Source: Candidatus Nomurabacteria bacterium
GTDB lineage: Bacteria > Patescibacteriota > Minisyncoccia > Phycocordibacterales > SBAW01
Direction: 5' to 3'
Assembly (NCBI GenBank): GCA_943356495.1
Contig: CALRFF010000002.1
Location: 12,596 to 76,595 of the forward strand
Length of the DNA stretch: 64,000 nucleotides
Of this stretch, positions 63,421-64,000 are shown piece after piece. The notes under the pieces were generated by a model that saw nothing but the letters and a program-made list of their open reading frames with translations, made no database searches and was not told the origin of the DNA. The position numbers and the translations under genes were made by a program. The stretch's first letter is position 1; the number at the start of each line of letters is the position of its first letter.

Positions 63421-64000
63421 AGAAGCGGCTGGTTATACTCGACACCCACGCGATACTGCATCGGGCATATCACGCTTTACCGGAGTTTAGCTCCAGCAAG
63501 GGCGAGCCTACCGGCGGACTGTACGGGCTTTTGTCGATGCTTATAAAGATAATCAACGACCTGCGGCCCGACTATATAGTCGCGGCTATCGACCTTCCCG
63601 GCGCCACCTTTCGCGACGCGGTGTACAAAGAGTACAAAGGCACGCGTGCTAAAACCGACGACGCGCTGGTGATGCAGATTAAAAAGACGCCCGGCGTGCT
63701 CGAAGCCTTTGGTGTGCCGGTGTACTCGGCTAAAGGGTTTGAGGCCGACGACGTGATAGGTACGATGGTTGAGACGCTGAAGAAAAAGAAAGACCTAGAC
63801 ATTGTTATCGCCTCGGGTGACAAAGACGCACTTCAGCTTATCGACGGCACGCGCGTACAGGTCTTTACGCTGGGCAAGGGTCTTAACGACACGGTGATGT
63901 ACGACGAGGCAGCCGTTAATGCGCGCTACGGCTTTGGCCCCGAGGTCATAGCCGATCTAAAAGGTATTGCGGGTGACCCTTCGGATAATATTAAAGGCGT
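63417..64000 (+). CDS. polA: DNA polymerase I, 5'-3' exonuclease N-terminal part (truncated by window end)
   Basis: MKKRLVILDTHAILHRAYHALP, YK..R, GFEADDVIGT, SGDKD, GDPSDNI. Confidence 0.88.
   Translation, partial: MKKRLVILDTHAILHRAYHALPEFSSSKGEPTGGLYGLLSMLIKIINDLRPDYIVAAIDLPGATFRDAVYKEYKGTRAKTDDALVMQIKKTPGVLEAFGVPVYSAKGFEADDVIGTMVETLKKKKDLDIVIASGDKDALQLIDGTRVQVFTLGKGLNDTVMYDEAAVNARYGFGPEVIADLKGIAGDPSDNIKG

Noticed and set aside
1-64000. CRISPR array, rRNA, IS transposase, reverse transcriptase or DGR
   Set aside because: No regularly spaced repeats, rRNA signatures, or DDE/HUH/RT motifs recognised.
1-64000. Alternative genetic code (UGA = Gly, as in Gracilibacteria)
   Set aside because: Core genes translate full-length in code 11, and TGA ends dnaA and tsaE at the expected positions.

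Overview
Origin-proximal 64 kb of a compact bacterial chromosome that looks like Patescibacteria/CPR, probably Parcubacteria. This assignment is inferred from shortened core proteins, gene content, absent SD sites and palindromic repeats; the standard code 11 fits. The window holds the conserved yidC-rnpA-rpmH / dnaA-oriC-dnaN block, a cluster of parS-like sites (19.6-21.6 kb) and four tRNAs. Housekeeping genes include nusA, tig, clpP, rny, pnp, pgk, tpiA, ppa, tyrS, recJ, ruvBC, uvrD, xth and the start of polA. Competence and pilus genes are comEC, comM, yraN, pilB and a degenerate PilB paralogue. Highlights: (1) a ~12.5 kb chromosomal, relaxase-free T4SS-like locus beside oriC (PrgI/VirB3, split VirB4, extended VirB6, VirB2-like pilin and several uncharacterised envelope proteins); (2) a window-wide leaderless expression pattern, with a -10 box 6-8 nt before the start codon, including palindromic bidirectional -10 boxes, while orphan genes use SD sites; (3) two long rod-like intergenic ncRNA candidates with 6S-like architecture and a third multi-branch structure; (4) a three-copy ~60-nt structured element with covarying stems, one copy flanked by a 9-bp duplication of a tRNA 5' end; (5) a 20-22 bp palindromic repeat that also sits in-frame inside a gene; (6) small ORFs missed by the ORF track, including a 39-aa hyper-acidic peptide, plus a poly-Lys ORF with an internal terminator. 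No CRISPR, rRNA, transposase or prophage was seen. All calls come from reading motifs by eye; no database searches were run.
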